Source of the DNA: Schmidtea polychroa
Taxonomy: Eukaryota
Reading direction: 5' to 3'
Length of the DNA stretch: 64,000 nt
Assembly (NCBI GenBank): GCA_044892525.1
Contig: CM097885.1
Location: 29,390,001 to 29,454,000 of the forward strand
Below, piece by piece: positions 1 to 14,615 of this stretch. The notes under the pieces are model-generated. The model saw only the letters and a program-made list of their open reading frames with translations, had not been told where the DNA came from and did not search any database. A program made the position numbers and the translations under genes. Within the stretch, counting starts at the first letter, position 1. The number at the start of each line of letters is the position of its first letter.

Positions 1-345
1 TTTCCCTAAAGCTCAAGGTAGAGCAGTCAGAATCTGATTCAAAAGTTTTTTTGTACATAACTTTTTAAATAATTTGAAAATATTGATATGTTAATTATAT
101 GTTAATCAATGTTTATTTCGCATGAAAAACACTTTACTTAATTTTGTATGTATTTTTCATTATGTGTGCTGTGCTTGTATGCTTAATTATTTTCTCTCAC
201 TTTTTAGATTTCTATAATAAATATGTTAAATTTCGCACCATAAAATTTCTACACACAGGTAAGTTTGTGTGTTCCTATAATATATATTTATTGATTTTTT
301 TTAGATTATAGATAATGTTATATTTCGCGGTTAGGTGTATTCATC
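1..345. repeat. Diverged direct repeat, copy 1 (copy 2 at ~1202-1539); probably a tandem duplication of a host gene segment
   Basis: Both copies start TTTCCCTAAAGCTCAAGGTAGAG and share ACACACAGGTAAGTTTGTGTGTTCCTATAATATATATTTATTGATTTTTTTTAGATTATAG and TTAGGTGTAT. Confidence 0.8.
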
Positions 346-837
346 CAAAGAATCTGAATGTATGCATTTATTAAGTATGTATGGATGCATTAAGTAGTAT
401 AACAAATCGAAATTGGAAATGGTATATTTATAAATTTACACCAACAAACCCAAATTCATTTAGGCTACACCCAATTCCGAAATTGAGTAACCTCTATAAT
501 TCACGTTGGTGTGCACACCAGTTGAGTGAGTCACCATTTACGTGAAAATGAAGTTACTCAATTTCATTTATTCTATAATTTATTAGCAACAAAAATTTTT
601 TTCAGGTAATTTTTTTACTTTCAAGTATATTTTAAGACTTGAATTTTGATCTTATATAATTATGAGATCATTATTCAAGCTCTTAAATATTTGCTGTTAG
701 TCATCATTTATAATATAATATATTAATAATTAAATTTCAGGTGTTTTTTTAGGAAATTTATGATATTTTATGCATTAATATGGAATTATTTCGCTAAAAT
801 GTAAGTTAGATATTTTTATATTTATAAATAAATAAAA

Positions 838-1240
838 TTAATCACCAAACACATTTATTTTTTTAAGACATTTAGGGAAAAATCGGCGTACATGAACGAA
901 ATAGTTTTTTAAATTTTTATAATATTCTTTCTGCAGCTCATTTTCGATGGCTTCTTTGACAATGTCAAATCTGCTTGGGAAGGACATTGAACTGAAGCCG
1001 TATTTTGTCATTTTCTGTATATCTATCAAAATATTAATTTATTAAAATAATTTATTTAAATTTACGATTTGCGAATTTCTTTCTGTAAATCAAAAGATCT
1101 CGAAGGACCTTCCATATTTGAAATACTGCCTTCACACATACTATAAAATATTTTAATGTTTTGTAATTTAATGAATAAAACTTACATTGTATTTTCTTCC
1201 TTTTCCCTAAAGCTCAAGGTAGAGTTGTCGGAATCTAGAT
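838..1240 (-). CDS. Probable spliced host gene or pseudogene fragment, product unknown
   Basis: Two minus-strand GT..AG introns of 45 nt (1141-1185) and 43 nt (1023-1065) separate GC-richer exon-like blocks. The spliced frame ...REKEENTIMCEGSISNMEGPSRSFDLQKEIRKSYTENDKIRLQFNVLPKQI* is open, but the true frame is uncertain. Confidence 0.4.
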
Positions 1241-2239
1241 TAAAATTATTTTCTTCCATTTTTTAATAATTTTAAAATTATATTTTAACAATATGTTAAC
1301 AGTTATTTGATTCGGAACAAAAACCTATATAAGAATTTTGCATGTATTTTTCATTATGTGTTTTGTGTTGGTGTGTTCAGTTATTTTTTTCTCACCTTCA
1401 CAAAATCTATAATAAAGTTTCTAAATTTCGGAATGATAAATTTCAACACACAGGTAAGTTTGTGTGTTCCTATAATATATATTTATTGATTTTTTTTAGA
1501 TTATAGAAGTTATTAAATTTCGGAATTAGGTGTATACATTTAGGCTTTGTGATACCACCTGTAATAATTAATGGATGACCGCTTGGAGGCGAACATTTGC
1601 TCAGAGTGTCATTAAGACACAATAATTTCGCTCAGCTAATATTAATTAAATATACTTTAACTTGAGCTTCTTTTTTATCATAAGAATTTGTGATGTGTTT
1701 CATCTTATCATATGCAACAGATTACAATAATAGTAATAATCATTAAAAATAATAATAGTAGTAGGATTGGTCCCCGCCAGATCAGGTCCCCTCCAGATCA
1801 CATATACCCCCTCCCCCCCCCGGGAAAAAATTTTATTTTTTTTTTAGAACGATGCCTAATATTTTTAGAACTATTACGTAATTTTTTTTAAATTAAGTGA
1901 TCCAGCGGGGACCTACTTTTTTTTCTTCCCAAAAGTAATGTTCCCGCCAACAAATTTTATTAACCGATACCTCATCTTCAAGCTCAGTCCAAGACCTTTC
2001 GAATGAGCTATAGGTATCTTATATATCTTTAATAGTTTTAATGTTATTAACAATTGATGACCACCATCTTTTCAACGTTAAATTATTATTATTTTTCAAA
2101 ATATTATTAAGTGATCCAGCGGGGACCTACTTTTTTTCATCCCAAAATTTATTGTTCTCGCCAACATATTATATTGATCGATAGCTTATTTTAAAGCTCT
2201 GTGCAAGAACTTTCTAATGAGATATAGAATTTTATCATA

Positions 2240-2630
2240 CGATGACTCATCACATTTTTAGAACAAAGACAATGACTCATCACATTTTTAGAATGATGTC
2301 TAATATTTTAGAATGATGCCAAATATTTTTAGAACGATGTCTATTATTTTTAGAATGATGTCTAATATTTTAGAATGATGCCTAATATTTTTAGAATGAT
2401 TACGTCATAATTTTAGAACGATGTCTATTATTTTTAGAATGATGCCTAATATTTTTAGAATGATTACGTCATAATTTTAGAACGATGTCTATTATTTTTA
2501 GAATGATGCCTAATATTTTTAGAATGATTACGTCATACTTTTAGAACGATGTCTAATATTTTTAGAACGATGCCTATTATTTTTAGAATGATTACGTCAT
2601 ACTTTTAGAACGATGCCTAATATTTTTAGA
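2240..2630. repeat. ~21 bp tandem minisatellite in element A (mirror copy ~14735-15125)
   Basis: Units such as TTTTAGAATGATGCCTAATAT and TTTTAGAATGATTACGTCATA. Confidence 0.9.
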
Positions 2631-2747
2631 ATTAATAATTTTGTTTTAATTATCGATGATTATATAATTTTGTTTAAATCATTGATTATATAATTTTTTT
2701 GTTTTAATTATCGAATACGTAATAATATAATTTTGTTTAAATCGTTG

Positions 2748-2780
<33 letters not shown>

Positions 2781-2797
2781 ATTATAATTATTAATAT

Positions 2798-2900
2798 TAT
2801 ATACTCCTAGTCTATCCGACAAAATATTCTGTCCCCCTATGGGTACTGCTCACAAATGTACTACTCACATTCAACAAGTCACAAGGGTACTGCTCACACT
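2798..2900. repeat. Dispersed ~100 bp module shared by elements A and B (first of 13 copies)
   Basis: TATATACTC(CT/TG)AGTTTATCCGACAAAATATTCTGTCCCCCTATGGGTA followed by GGGTACTGGTC/GGGTACTACTCAC repeats. Forward copies near 2798, 3055, 4543, 6410, 9267, 22373, 24671; reverse copies ending near 8300, 11156, 13022, 14352, 14558, 28508. Confidence 0.9.
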
Positions 2901-2946
2901 CAATATGTCGTAAATTATTATTATTATTATTTCAAATACAAGTTCA

Positions 2947-3022
<76 letters not shown>

Positions 3023-3384
3023 TATTATTACGCGCACGGGGAATATTATTATCATATATACTCTTAATCTATCCGACAAAATATTCTATCCCTTTATGGG
3101 TATTGCTCATATGGGTTATGGTCAAAGGTGTACTACTCACATTCAACATGTCTCAAAGGGTATAATATAATTATTATTAAATTCTGACCAACTTAAATCA
3201 ATGAAGGGGTAGAACAAAAATATATTAAGTTGCGGTATTTTAAATTTAAAAATATTTTAAAAACTTATTTTGACACTAAAGTTTACTTAATTAACAAAGA
3301 CATAATTATTGCACATGCTTTGCATAAATATTATTATTTTTTAAATTTTCAATATTTTCTTTTAAAGTATTAACACGCGCGGGA

Positions 3385-3435
<51 letters not shown>

Positions 3436-3439
3436 GTTA

Positions 3440-3993
3440 ATGAAAAATCTAAAATATGGTTTACACACACAACCCCTCAACCATTATTATTATTATCAGT
3501 ATTAAAAACCTAAAATATTTTCTACACACACACACACACACAACCCATTAACCATTATTATTATCATTATCATTATTAGTGAAAACTTAAAATATTTTTT
3601 ACACACACACACAACCCATTAACCATTATTATTATTATCAATATTAAAAACCTAAAATATTTTTACACACACACAACCCATTAAACTTTATTATTATTAT
3701 TATTAGTGAAAAGCTAAAATATTTTTACACACACCCAACCCATTATCAATTATTATTGCAAATATTAGTCAAAAACCTAAAATATTATTTACACTCACAC
3801 AACCATTAACCATTATTATTATCATTATTAGTGAAAACCTAAAATATTTTCTACACACACACACACAACCCATTAACCATTATTATTATTGCAAATATTA
3901 GTCAAAAACATAAAAACACTCATAAACCATTATTATTATCAATATTCGTGAAAACCTCAAATATTTTTTACACGCATATACAACCCATTAAAC

Positions 3994-4055
<62 letters not shown>

Positions 4056-4170
4056 CAATATTAAAAACCTAAAATATTTTTACACACACACACAACCCAT
4101 TAACAATTATTTGTAACAATATTCGTGAAAACCTCAAATATTTTTTACACACATATACAATCCATTAAAC

Positions 4171-4223
<53 letters not shown>

Positions 4224-4420
4224 CAATATTAAAAACCTAAAATATTTTTACACACACACACACAACCCATTAACAATTATTTGTAACAATATTCGTGAAA
4301 ACCTCAAATATTTTTTACACACATATACAATCCATTAAACTTTATTATTATTATTATTATTATTATTATAATTATTATTATTATTAGTGAAAAAACCTTA
4401 AATAATTTTTACACACTAAG
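3440..4420. repeat. ~60 bp compound tandem array with (AC)n and (ATT)n cores (mirror copy ~13140-13960)
   Basis: Unit AAAACCTAAAATATTTTT(AC)nAACCCATTAACC(ATT)n. Confidence 0.9.
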
Positions 4421-7400
4421 TTATGGGGTAGAGTATTATTATGTTTGCAGTATTCTGTGTTTGCCTTTACAGGAAGTTGTCAATATGGAGCGATAATTTT
4501 ATACATACATTCTATATACACATACCTTGTTTAACATGGGTGTATATACTCCTAGTTTATCCGACAAAATATTCTGTCCCCCTAAGGGTATTGCTCACAA
4601 AGGTACTACTCACACTCAACATATCGCAAGGGTATATTAATTATGGTTAGTAAATAAAACTTATCACACACACTATTTAAACGATAAAAATCAAGACAAG
4701 AGAGGACAAGGCAAAGTTAATGCATTTAGTATTGCCAGGCCTAATGAGCAGTGACCAAATATCTGTGCCTGAAAGACACGGTGGATATTTGTTCGCGTCC
4801 ACAAGGGTCGTCTGTGCCTCCCCCAAGTGGGGTCAGAAGAACCTGGGCATTATAGCTTTCCGTACGGAACATTACGCCTAGCATGGGTAGTCAACTACCA
4901 GCACATTCGAAACGTATAATTTCAAAATACATGCGTCATTGGCACTATAACCAAATTAATTAATGTTTTCACTAACACAAATATATATTTACAGAGGCCT
5001 CCCACTAGTTGGATTACAACCGCCCACCACGACGATCAGCTTGTAAATATATATTAATTAAGGGATAAAGAGGACCCACCCAACCCTATTATATTTAATT
5101 TACAAATTTTTCTCGTTCTTCTGCTGGTATTCTATCTCAAAATTATCATCTCCATCGGGCCATTTGGAATACATCTTGCGAATTGGACATATTTCTTAGT
5201 TTCTGATGTGGCGTCAACTATCATTGCTAAAATTTATATTGATTTAAAAGCAATTAACTTACATTATCTAGCATTTTATCGTCATAGGCTTGATAAATTA
5301 GGCAACTGTTATTTGTGGTATACTTTTTCAATGTCATTTCCCACCATAAAACACAGATACCTAAATATAATATATATATTTTAAAGAATTAATTCATGTC
5401 TTACATTAATAATAATATTCTTCAGGTAGTACTTTACAATATCTAATTGCTAAAACATCGGTTTTTCCCATTTTTCTTGACAATCGTTGAAAGTTTACAT
5501 AATTTAAGTCTGATAATTCATGTTGAAGGACACCCACAATCAGCTAATTCATTTAAGAAATCCGGAACATAGCAATGTTTCACCATTTTGTCTGGTTCAT
5601 TTTTTTCTATAATTCATGTTTTAATAAGAAATTTCTAAATCCAGAACATAAGTCATTTAGTGTTTCACCATTTTATCTGGTTCATCTTCTTCATAATCAT
5701 ATAATTCATTTTCTTCATTACTAAGTAAAATAATTAAAATATTGTAGTAAATTCTTTATTTACTTACTTTATGGATACTAAAACGAAAGAAATAAAGTTA
5801 TATCAAAAGTATATTTAAATAATTTAAATTTAAATAATTTAATTTAGTTATTTAAAAATATTTAAACAATTTAGTTATTTAAGCATATTTAAACATTAAC
5901 ATTATTATATAGTATAATTTTATATAATATTATAATTTTATGTACACTTATATATCCTTCATTTAATTTTTTAAATTCAAAATTTATAATGAAGATTCTT
6001 TGAATTAAAAAATATTCTGTTAGTATTTCCAGGCAGTAAACAACGAATTCAATAATTAAAATCTTAATTTTCATGTTGTTAGGGTTGTGGCCAGAATTTA
6101 ATCGCCATCTAATCGTTTGTTCTCAATTTCGCTCATTTTTGTTCAAAACATTCAGGTGAGTTGTTATCTGGAAAGTTTCTTTGAGCTCAGTTTTGTTAAA
6201 ACACTCACGGTATTTTTGAGGGACGTGACACTGGGAATAAATTAACAATGGGTGGTCTTGCATACAGGTTGTTGGTTTGAACTGTTGATTTATTTTAGAA
6301 ATATGTATATTAAAAACATTTAAGGTATCATTCAGTAAAATAATATAGTATTTTTGAGTATTTTTAGTTGATTTATAAATAACAGTATTTTGATATATCA
6401 ATAAAGACCATATACTCCTAGTTTATCCGACAAAATATTCTGTCCCCCTATGGGTATTGCTAGCAAGGGTACTGGTCACATTCAACATGTCGCAATATTA
6501 ATCATTTAGAAATTCTTAGGTAATTTAGTGAGATGATCGTGAATATTTTAAATGTAACTTTACACTTATGTCGAGCGACTAATTTATTGGTTAACTTTGT
6601 AGTCATTTAAAGCAAAAATTAATTTATTCATCTAATGTTCGTTACAATAGATAATAACATGAGAAAAACATGGTCATTATTCATTGATAATTTTAAATTC
6701 TTTATCATTTGGAGTAAATTTGTTTGAGGCAAAAATATTTGAAGGAGTCATAATAGAAATATGGTTATCATTTAACCAAATAAGGTGCTTATTAGTTAAA
6801 AATATATATTTATATAGGGTTACAATTCTTTTCTAATTTAATTAGATGATCATTAGACGTAATATATCTTTGCGAGAAATTTAAGATGTTTGAGTAACCA
6901 AAACATTGATATTTTGGGTCATCAATTTATGAATAGTGCTTAATTTTCTCATTTTTAGTGATTTAAAATAATATTTAGCAAAGGTAATTTGGCAAAATAT
7001 CACTTATCCATCCGATAACAATATTCCTTCAATAGATTAACTGATATTCAACCGATTTAATTTCTAATTAAAATCATAAAATTCCTTCAATAAAGATCAA
7101 TTTTCTTTAGCCGTTGTCGATTTCCAACTTTTAAGTCAATATTTCTCAAGTTTTGTCACTGATGTCCCCACAATGAATAAAATAACTTCTTAAGTAAAAT
7201 AATTTAAAGCAATAACCTTTGATATCAATCCCAATTAATTCTAAAGATTTCAAATATTTCATTGTGAAAACCAAGTAAATTGATCATTAACCCTAAACGA
7301 CTTAATAAAACAGTGGATAATTAATATAAAACTGGTTCTAAAACATAAATCTAAATTACTGTGCAATAACATTCATCACAACCTAATAAACCTCTAAAAC

Positions 7401-10259
7401 GATATAATTTCACAGGAACTATTATTAATTCATAGCTAAATACTGACTATTTCCCTTTAAAATTTACCAATAAGAACATTGTCGATTTAAATAGAGATTT
7501 TAAACATTTCCACCAAATATTTCTATCATTTTAAACACCTTAAAAATCATATATTACCATCTTAACCAACCGACTTTAATATATCAGACCTTTAATATAT
7601 CAATTCTCTTAAAATCCATAGAAAATTCTTCAAAATATGAATTTTATTTATTTGTTACAGACATCCTTCCATTGAAATAATTTAGTATCTAAATTCATGT
7701 AGTAAGAGCCCATTAAAAAAATCAAAATTTACTAAAATCAATATTTTCTACAAATATTTCACCACATTTACCATCAAATACCTAACTAGAAATGAAATAT
7801 ATCGATTGATCATAATTCTTCATCGATTCAGCTAATTATATAGCAATTATAACGTGATATATCTTTCAAAATCACAAATTTCAGTATATTTTACAATAAT
7901 TTTTACAAAAATTAAATAATAATAACTTGATTATTGTAAAAACTCTAATTATTAACCTAACTGTCATTAAAAATATTATTATTTAAAAGTAAATTTAAAA
8001 ACAAGTCAATAAAATATAGCAAATTATCAAGAAATTAATTAAATTTGTCTTAGAATTAACACTAAAACGTTAAATTTCAAAATATTCTTTCAATTATTCA
8101 CAAAAAGGTTAGTAATAATGTTAGTAAAATCCCGCTAACTCTAAAAATTACCAACGAATTTAATGCTAAATAATAACCAAAAATTTGCCTAAATAAAACA
8201 CACCAATACCTTTACGACCAGTACCCTTACGAGCAGTACCAATTGTGAACAGTACCCATAGAGGGAGAAAATATCTTGTCGGATAAACTCAGAGTATATA
8301 TAATAAAACGAATTAACAATAACTCCATCAAATTGAATCAGTCAAATTAACACAAATTTTGATAAAAAATCTTATTCTAAAATGGTAAGAAGCGTAAAGA
8401 GATAAAATTAACAATATTATTCTCAGGTGGTAAGAATATTTTATTTTTGAGTCTGTTATCCCTCTATTATCATTGCTTACTTGATGTTTTCATAAATTTA
8501 AGTAAAGTTAATGCTGGGTATGTGTTCTGACACACTTTGTTTCCTTCTTATCTTTGAGAGATTATTTTGATTAAAAAGAGTAATGTATCTTAAATTATCT
8601 TTTAGAATAACTGTTTTTTGAAATATTTAATGTAAAATAGCAAATATCATAATTATTAATTCAATATTAAAGGAGTTAATCAAAATTTAAAATATAAAGT
8701 TATCATAATTGCTTAGTCAAATACCATTTGTTATCTATGTTTGTCATTTTTGGATTAAATACTTTATCAAAATAAATGTTTATCACATTATTAAAATATT
8801 TTAATTCGTTAGTCACTCATATATTAGAAATAATTTATAAATACTCATCACTTATAGCCCCCATTTTCCACTAATCCTCCCAACAACTATTTCTTTGAAC
8901 ATTGAATTAAATATTTTTTTTTTTATTAAAGTGATCATTTTTATAAATTTTTATGAATTTCATGAAATAATTTTAAATAAATGCAATTAATCTATTTCCA
9001 TCTTATCTATGACACTTCTCGGTATATTTACATTTACGTTACATTAATGAATAATTCAAACCCTTATTTTCACCTTTTGAATTTCATTATTAATTAATCA
9101 TAGAATAATGATGATTCTTACCACCTGAGAATAATATTGTTAATTTTATCTCTGTGTTATCTTTCGATTTTACGCTGCTTACCACTTTAGAATAAGATTT
9201 TTTATCAAAATTTGTGTTAATTTGACTGATTCAATTTGATGGAGTTATTGTTAATTCGTTTTATTATATATACTCTGAGTTTATCCGACAAGATATTTTC
9301 TCCCTCTATGGGTACTGTTCACAATTGGTACTGCTCGTAAGGGTACTGGTCGTAAAGGTATTGGTGTGTTTTATTTAGGCAAATTTTTGGTTATTATTTA
9401 GCATTAAATTCGTTGGTAATTTTTAGAGTTAGCGGGATTTTACTAACATTATTACTAACCTTTTTGTGAATAATTGAAAGAATATTTTGAAATTTAACGT
9501 TTTAGTGTTAATTCTAAGACAAATTTAATTAATTTCTTGATAATTTGCTATATTTTATTGACTTGTTTTTAAATTTACTTTTAAATAATAATATTTTTAA
9601 TGACAGTTAGGTTAATAATTAGAGTTTTTACAATAATCAAGTTATTATTATTTAATTTTTGTAAAAATTATTGTAAAATATACTGAAATTTGTGATTTTG
9701 AAAGATATATCACGTTATAATTGCTATATAATTAGCTGAATCGATGAAGAATTATGATCAATCGATATATTTCATTTCTAGTTAGGTATTTGATGGTAAA
9801 TGTGGTGAAATATTTGTAGAAAATATTGATTTTAGTAAATTTTGATTTTTTTAATGGGCTCTTACTACATGAATTTAGATACTAAATTATTTCAATGGAA
9901 GGATGTCTGTAACAATTAATAAAATTCATATTTTGAAGAATTTTCTATGGATTTTAAGAGAATTGATATATTAAAGGTCTGATATATTAAAGTCGGTTGG
10001 TTAAGATGGTAATATATGATTTTTAAGGTGTTTAAAATGATAGAAATATTTGGTGGAAATGTTTAAAATCTCTATTTAAATCGACAATGTTCTTATTGGT
10101 AAATTTTAAAGGGAAATAGTCAGTATTTAGCTATGAATTAATAATAGTTCCTGTGAAATTATATCGTTTTAGAGGTTTATTAGGTTGTGATGAATGTTAT
10201 TGCACAGTAATTTAGATTTATGTTTTAGAACCAGTTTTATATTAATTATCCACTGTTTT

Positions 10260-10560
10260 ATTAAGTCGTTTAGGGTTAATGATCAATTTACTTGGTTTTC
10301 ACAATGAAATATTTGAAATCTTTAGAATTAATTGGGATTGATATCAAAGGTTATTGCTTTAAATTATTTTACTTAAGAAGTTATTTTATTCATTGTGGGG
10401 ACATCAGTGACAAAACTTGAGAAATATTGACTTAAAAGTTGGAAATCGACAACGGCTAAAGAAAATTGATCTTTATTGAAGGAATTTTATGATTTTAATT
10501 AGAAATTAAATCGGTTGAATATCAGTTAATCTATTGAAGGAATATTGTTATCGGATGGAT
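10260..10560 (+). pseudogene. Decayed coding-like cargo, possibly leucine-rich repeat (related sequence at ~26690-27000 in element B)
   Basis: Fragments such as LKSLELIGIDIKGYCF, HCGDISDKT and LKKIDL, with multiple stops and frameshifts. Confidence 0.3.
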
Positions 10561-11788
10561 AAGTGATATTTTGCCAAATTACCTTTGCTAAATATTATTT
10601 TAAATCACTAAAAATGAGAAAATTAAGCACTATTCATAAATTGATGACCCAAAATATCAATGTTTTGGTTACTCAAACATCTTAAATTTCTCGCAAAGAT
10701 ATATTACGTCTAATGATCATCTAATTAAATTAGAAAAGAATTGTAACCCTATATAAATATATATTTTTAACTAATAAGCACCTTATTTGGTTAAATGATA
10801 ACCATATTTCTATTATGACTCCTTCAAATATTTTTGCCTCAAACAAATTTACTCCAAATGATAAAGAATTTAAAATTATCAATGAATAATGACCATGTTT
10901 TTCTCATATTATTATCTATTGTAACGAACATTAGATGAATAAATTAATTTTTGCTTTAAATGACTACAAAGTTAACCAATAAATTAGTCGCTCGACATAA
11001 GTGTAAAGTTACATTTAAAATATTCACGATCATCTCACTAAATTACCTAAGAATTTCTAAATGATTAATATTGCGACATGTTGAATGTGACCAGTACCCT
11101 TGCTAGCAATACCCATAGGGGGACAGAATATTTTGTCGGATAAACTAGGAGTATATGGTCTTTATTGATATATCAAAATACTGTTATTTATAAATCAACT
11201 AAAAATACTCAAAAATACTATATTATTTTACTGAATGATACCTTAAATGTTTTTAATATACATATTTCTAAAATAAATCAACAGTTCAAACCAACAACCT
11301 GTATGCAAGACCACCCATTGTTAATTTATTCCCAGTGTCACGTCCCTCAAAAATACCGTGAGTGTTTTAACAAAACTGAGCTCAAAGAAACTTTCCAGAT
11401 AACAACTCACCTGAATGTTTTGAACAAAAATGAGCGAAATTGAGAACAAACGATTAGATGGCGATTAAATTCTGGCCACAACCCTAACAACATGAAAATT
11501 AAGATTTTAATTATTGAATTCGTTGTTTACTGCCTGGAAATACTAACAGAATATTTTTTAATTCAAAGAATCTTCATTATAAATTTTGAATTTAAAAAAT
11601 TAAATGAAGGATATATAAGTGTACATAAAATTATAATATTATATAAAATTATACTATATAATAATGTTAATGTTTAAATATGCTTAAATAACTAAATTGT
11701 TTAAATATTTTTAAATAACTAAATTAAATTATTTAAATTTAAATTATTTAAATATACTTTTGATATAACTTTATTTCTTTCGTTTTAG

Positions 11789-12440
11789 TATCCATAAAGT
11801 AAGTAAATAAAGAATTTACTACAATATTTTAATTATTTTACTTAGTAATGAAGAAAATGAATTATATGATTATGAAGAAGATGAACCAGATAAAATGGTG
11901 AAACACTAAATGACTTATGTTCTGGATTTAGAAATTTCTTATTAAAACATGAATTATAGAAAAAAATGAACCAGACAAAATGGTGAAACATTGCTATGTT
12001 CCGGATTTCTTAAATGAATTAGCTGATTGTGGGTGTCCTTCAACATGAATTATCAGACTTAAATTATGTAAACTTTCAACGATTGTCAAGAAAAATGGGA
12101 AAAACCGATGTTTTAGCAATTAGATATTGTAAAGTACTACCTGAAGAATATTATTATTAATGTAAGACATGAATTAATTCTTTAAAATATATATATTATA
12201 TTTAGGTATCTGTGTTTTATGGTGGGAAATGACATTGAAAAAGTATACCACAAATAACAGTTGCCTAATTTATCAAGCCTATGACGATAAAATGCTAGAT
12301 AATGTAAGTTAATTGCTTTTAAATCAATATAAATTTTAGCAATGATAGTTGACGCCACATCAGAAACTAAGAAATATGTCCAATTCGCAAGATGTATTCC
12401 AAATGGCCCGATGGAGATGATAATTTTGAGATAGAATACC
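11789..12440 (+). pseudogene. Decayed intron-containing cargo gene inside element A (mirror copy ~5130-5780, minus strand)
   Basis: GTAAG..TAG introns at 11799-11845, 12162-12205 and 12304-12339; exon-like peptides EPDKMVKHCYVPDFLNELADCGCP and ICVLWWEMTLKKYTTNNSCLIYQAYDDKMLDN, broken by stops. Confidence 0.55.
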
Positions 12441-13342
12441 AGCAGAAGAGCGAGAAAAATTTGTAAATTAAATATAATAGGGTTGGGTGGGTCCTCTTTA
12501 TCCCTTAATTAATATATATTTACAAGCTGATCGTCGTGGTGGGCGGTTGTAATCCAACTAGTGGGAGGCCTCTGTAAATATATATTTGTGTTAGTGAAAA
12601 CATTAATTAATTTGGTTATAGTGCCAATGACGCATGTATTTTGAAATTATACGTTTCGAATGTGCTGGTAGTTGACTACCCATGCTAGGCGTAATGTTCC
12701 GTACGGAAAGCTATAATGCCCAGGTTCTTCTGACCCCACTTGGGGGAGGCACAGACGACCCTTGTGGACGCGAACAAATATCCACCGTGTCTTTCAGGCA
12801 CAGATATTTGGTCACTGCTCATTAGGCCTGGCAATACTAAATGCATTAACTTTGCCTTGTCCTCTCTTGTCTTGATTTTTATCGTTTAAATAGTGTGTGT
12901 GATAAGTTTTATTTACTAACCATAATTAATATACCCTTGCGATATGTTGAGTGTGAGTAGTACCTTTGTGAGCAATACCCTTAGGGGGACAGAATATTTT
13001 GTCGGATAAACTAGGAGTATATACACCCATGTTAAACAAGGTATGTGTATATAGAATGTATGTATAAAATTATCGCTCCATATTGACAACTTCCTGTAAA
13101 GGCAAACACAGAATACTGCAAACATAATAATACTCTACCCCATAACTTAGTGTGTAAAAATTATTTAAGGTTTTTTCACTAATAATAATAATAATTATAA
13201 TAATAATAATAATAATAATAATAAAGTTTAATGGATTGTATATGTGTGTAAAAAATATTTGAGGTTTTCACGAATATTGTTACAAATAATTGTTAATGGG
13301 TTGTGTGTGTGTGTGTAAAAATATTTTAGGTTTTTAATATTG

Positions 13343-13398
<56 letters not shown>

Positions 13399-13960
13399 GT
13401 TTAATGGGTTGTATATGCGTGTAAAAAATATTTGAGGTTTTCACGAATATTGATAATAATAATGGTTTATGAGTGTTTTTATGTTTTTGACTAATATTTG
13501 CAATAATAATAATGGTTAATGGGTTGTGTGTGTGTGTGTGTGTAGAAAATATTTTAGGTTTTCACTAATAATGATAATAATAATGGTTAATGGTTGTGTG
13601 AGTGTAAATAATATTTTAGGTTTTTGACTAATATTTGCAATAATAATTGATAATGGGTTGGGTGTGTGTAAAAATATTTTAGCTTTTCACTAATAATAAT
13701 AATAATAAAGTTTAATGGGTTGTGTGTGTGTAAAAATATTTTAGGTTTTTAATATTGATAATAATAATAATGGTTAATGGGTTGTGTGTGTGTGTAAAAA
13801 ATATTTTAAGTTTTCACTAATAATGATAATGATAATAATAATGGTTAATGGGTTGTGTGTGTGTGTGTGTGTAGAAAATATTTTAGGTTTTTAATACTGA
13901 TAATAATAATAATGGTTGAGGGGTTGTGTGTGTAAACCATATTTTAGATTTTTCATTAAC

Positions 13961-14023
<63 letters not shown>

Positions 14024-14576
14024 TCCCGCGCGTGTTAATACTTTAAAAGAAAATATTGAAAATTTAAAAAATAATAATATTTATGCAAAGCATGTGCAAT
14101 AATTATGTCTTTGTTAATTAAGTAAACTTTAGTGTCAAAATAAGTTTTTAAAATATTTTTAAATTTAAAATACCGCAACTTAATATATTTTTGTTCTACC
14201 CCTTCATTGATTTAAGTTGGTCAGAATTTAATAATAATTATATTATACCCTTTGAGACATGTTGAATGTGAGTAGTACACCTTTGACCATAACCCATATG
14301 AGCAATACCCATAAAGGGATAGAATATTTTGTCGGATAGATTAAGAGTATATATGATAATAATATTCCCCGTGCGCGTAATAATAAATAATAATAATAAT
14401 AATAATACTTTGAACTTGTATTTGAAATAATAATAATAATAATTTACGACATATTGAGTGTGAGCAGTACCCTTGTGACTTGTTGAATGTGAGTAGTACA
14501 TTTGTGAGCAGTACCCATAGGGGGACAGAATATTTTGTCGGATAGACTAGGAGTATATAATATTAATAATTATAAT

Positions 14577-14615
<39 letters not shown>

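Larger units (their letters stand above)
1757..8437 (+). repeat. Left inverted arm of element A
   Basis: Reverse complement of 9114-15657; the spurious ORFs are mirrored (e.g. 6123-6401 - and 11165-11443 +). Confidence 0.95.

Noticed and set aside
2856..3170. Poly-L/I/N ORFs (also 17978, 31217, 31806, 46393, 50721)
   Set aside because: Translations of (ATT)n/(AAT)n microsatellites.
2240..4420. Regular repeat arrays resembling CRISPR
   Set aside because: No unique spacers, degenerate tandem units, eukaryotic context and no cas genes.
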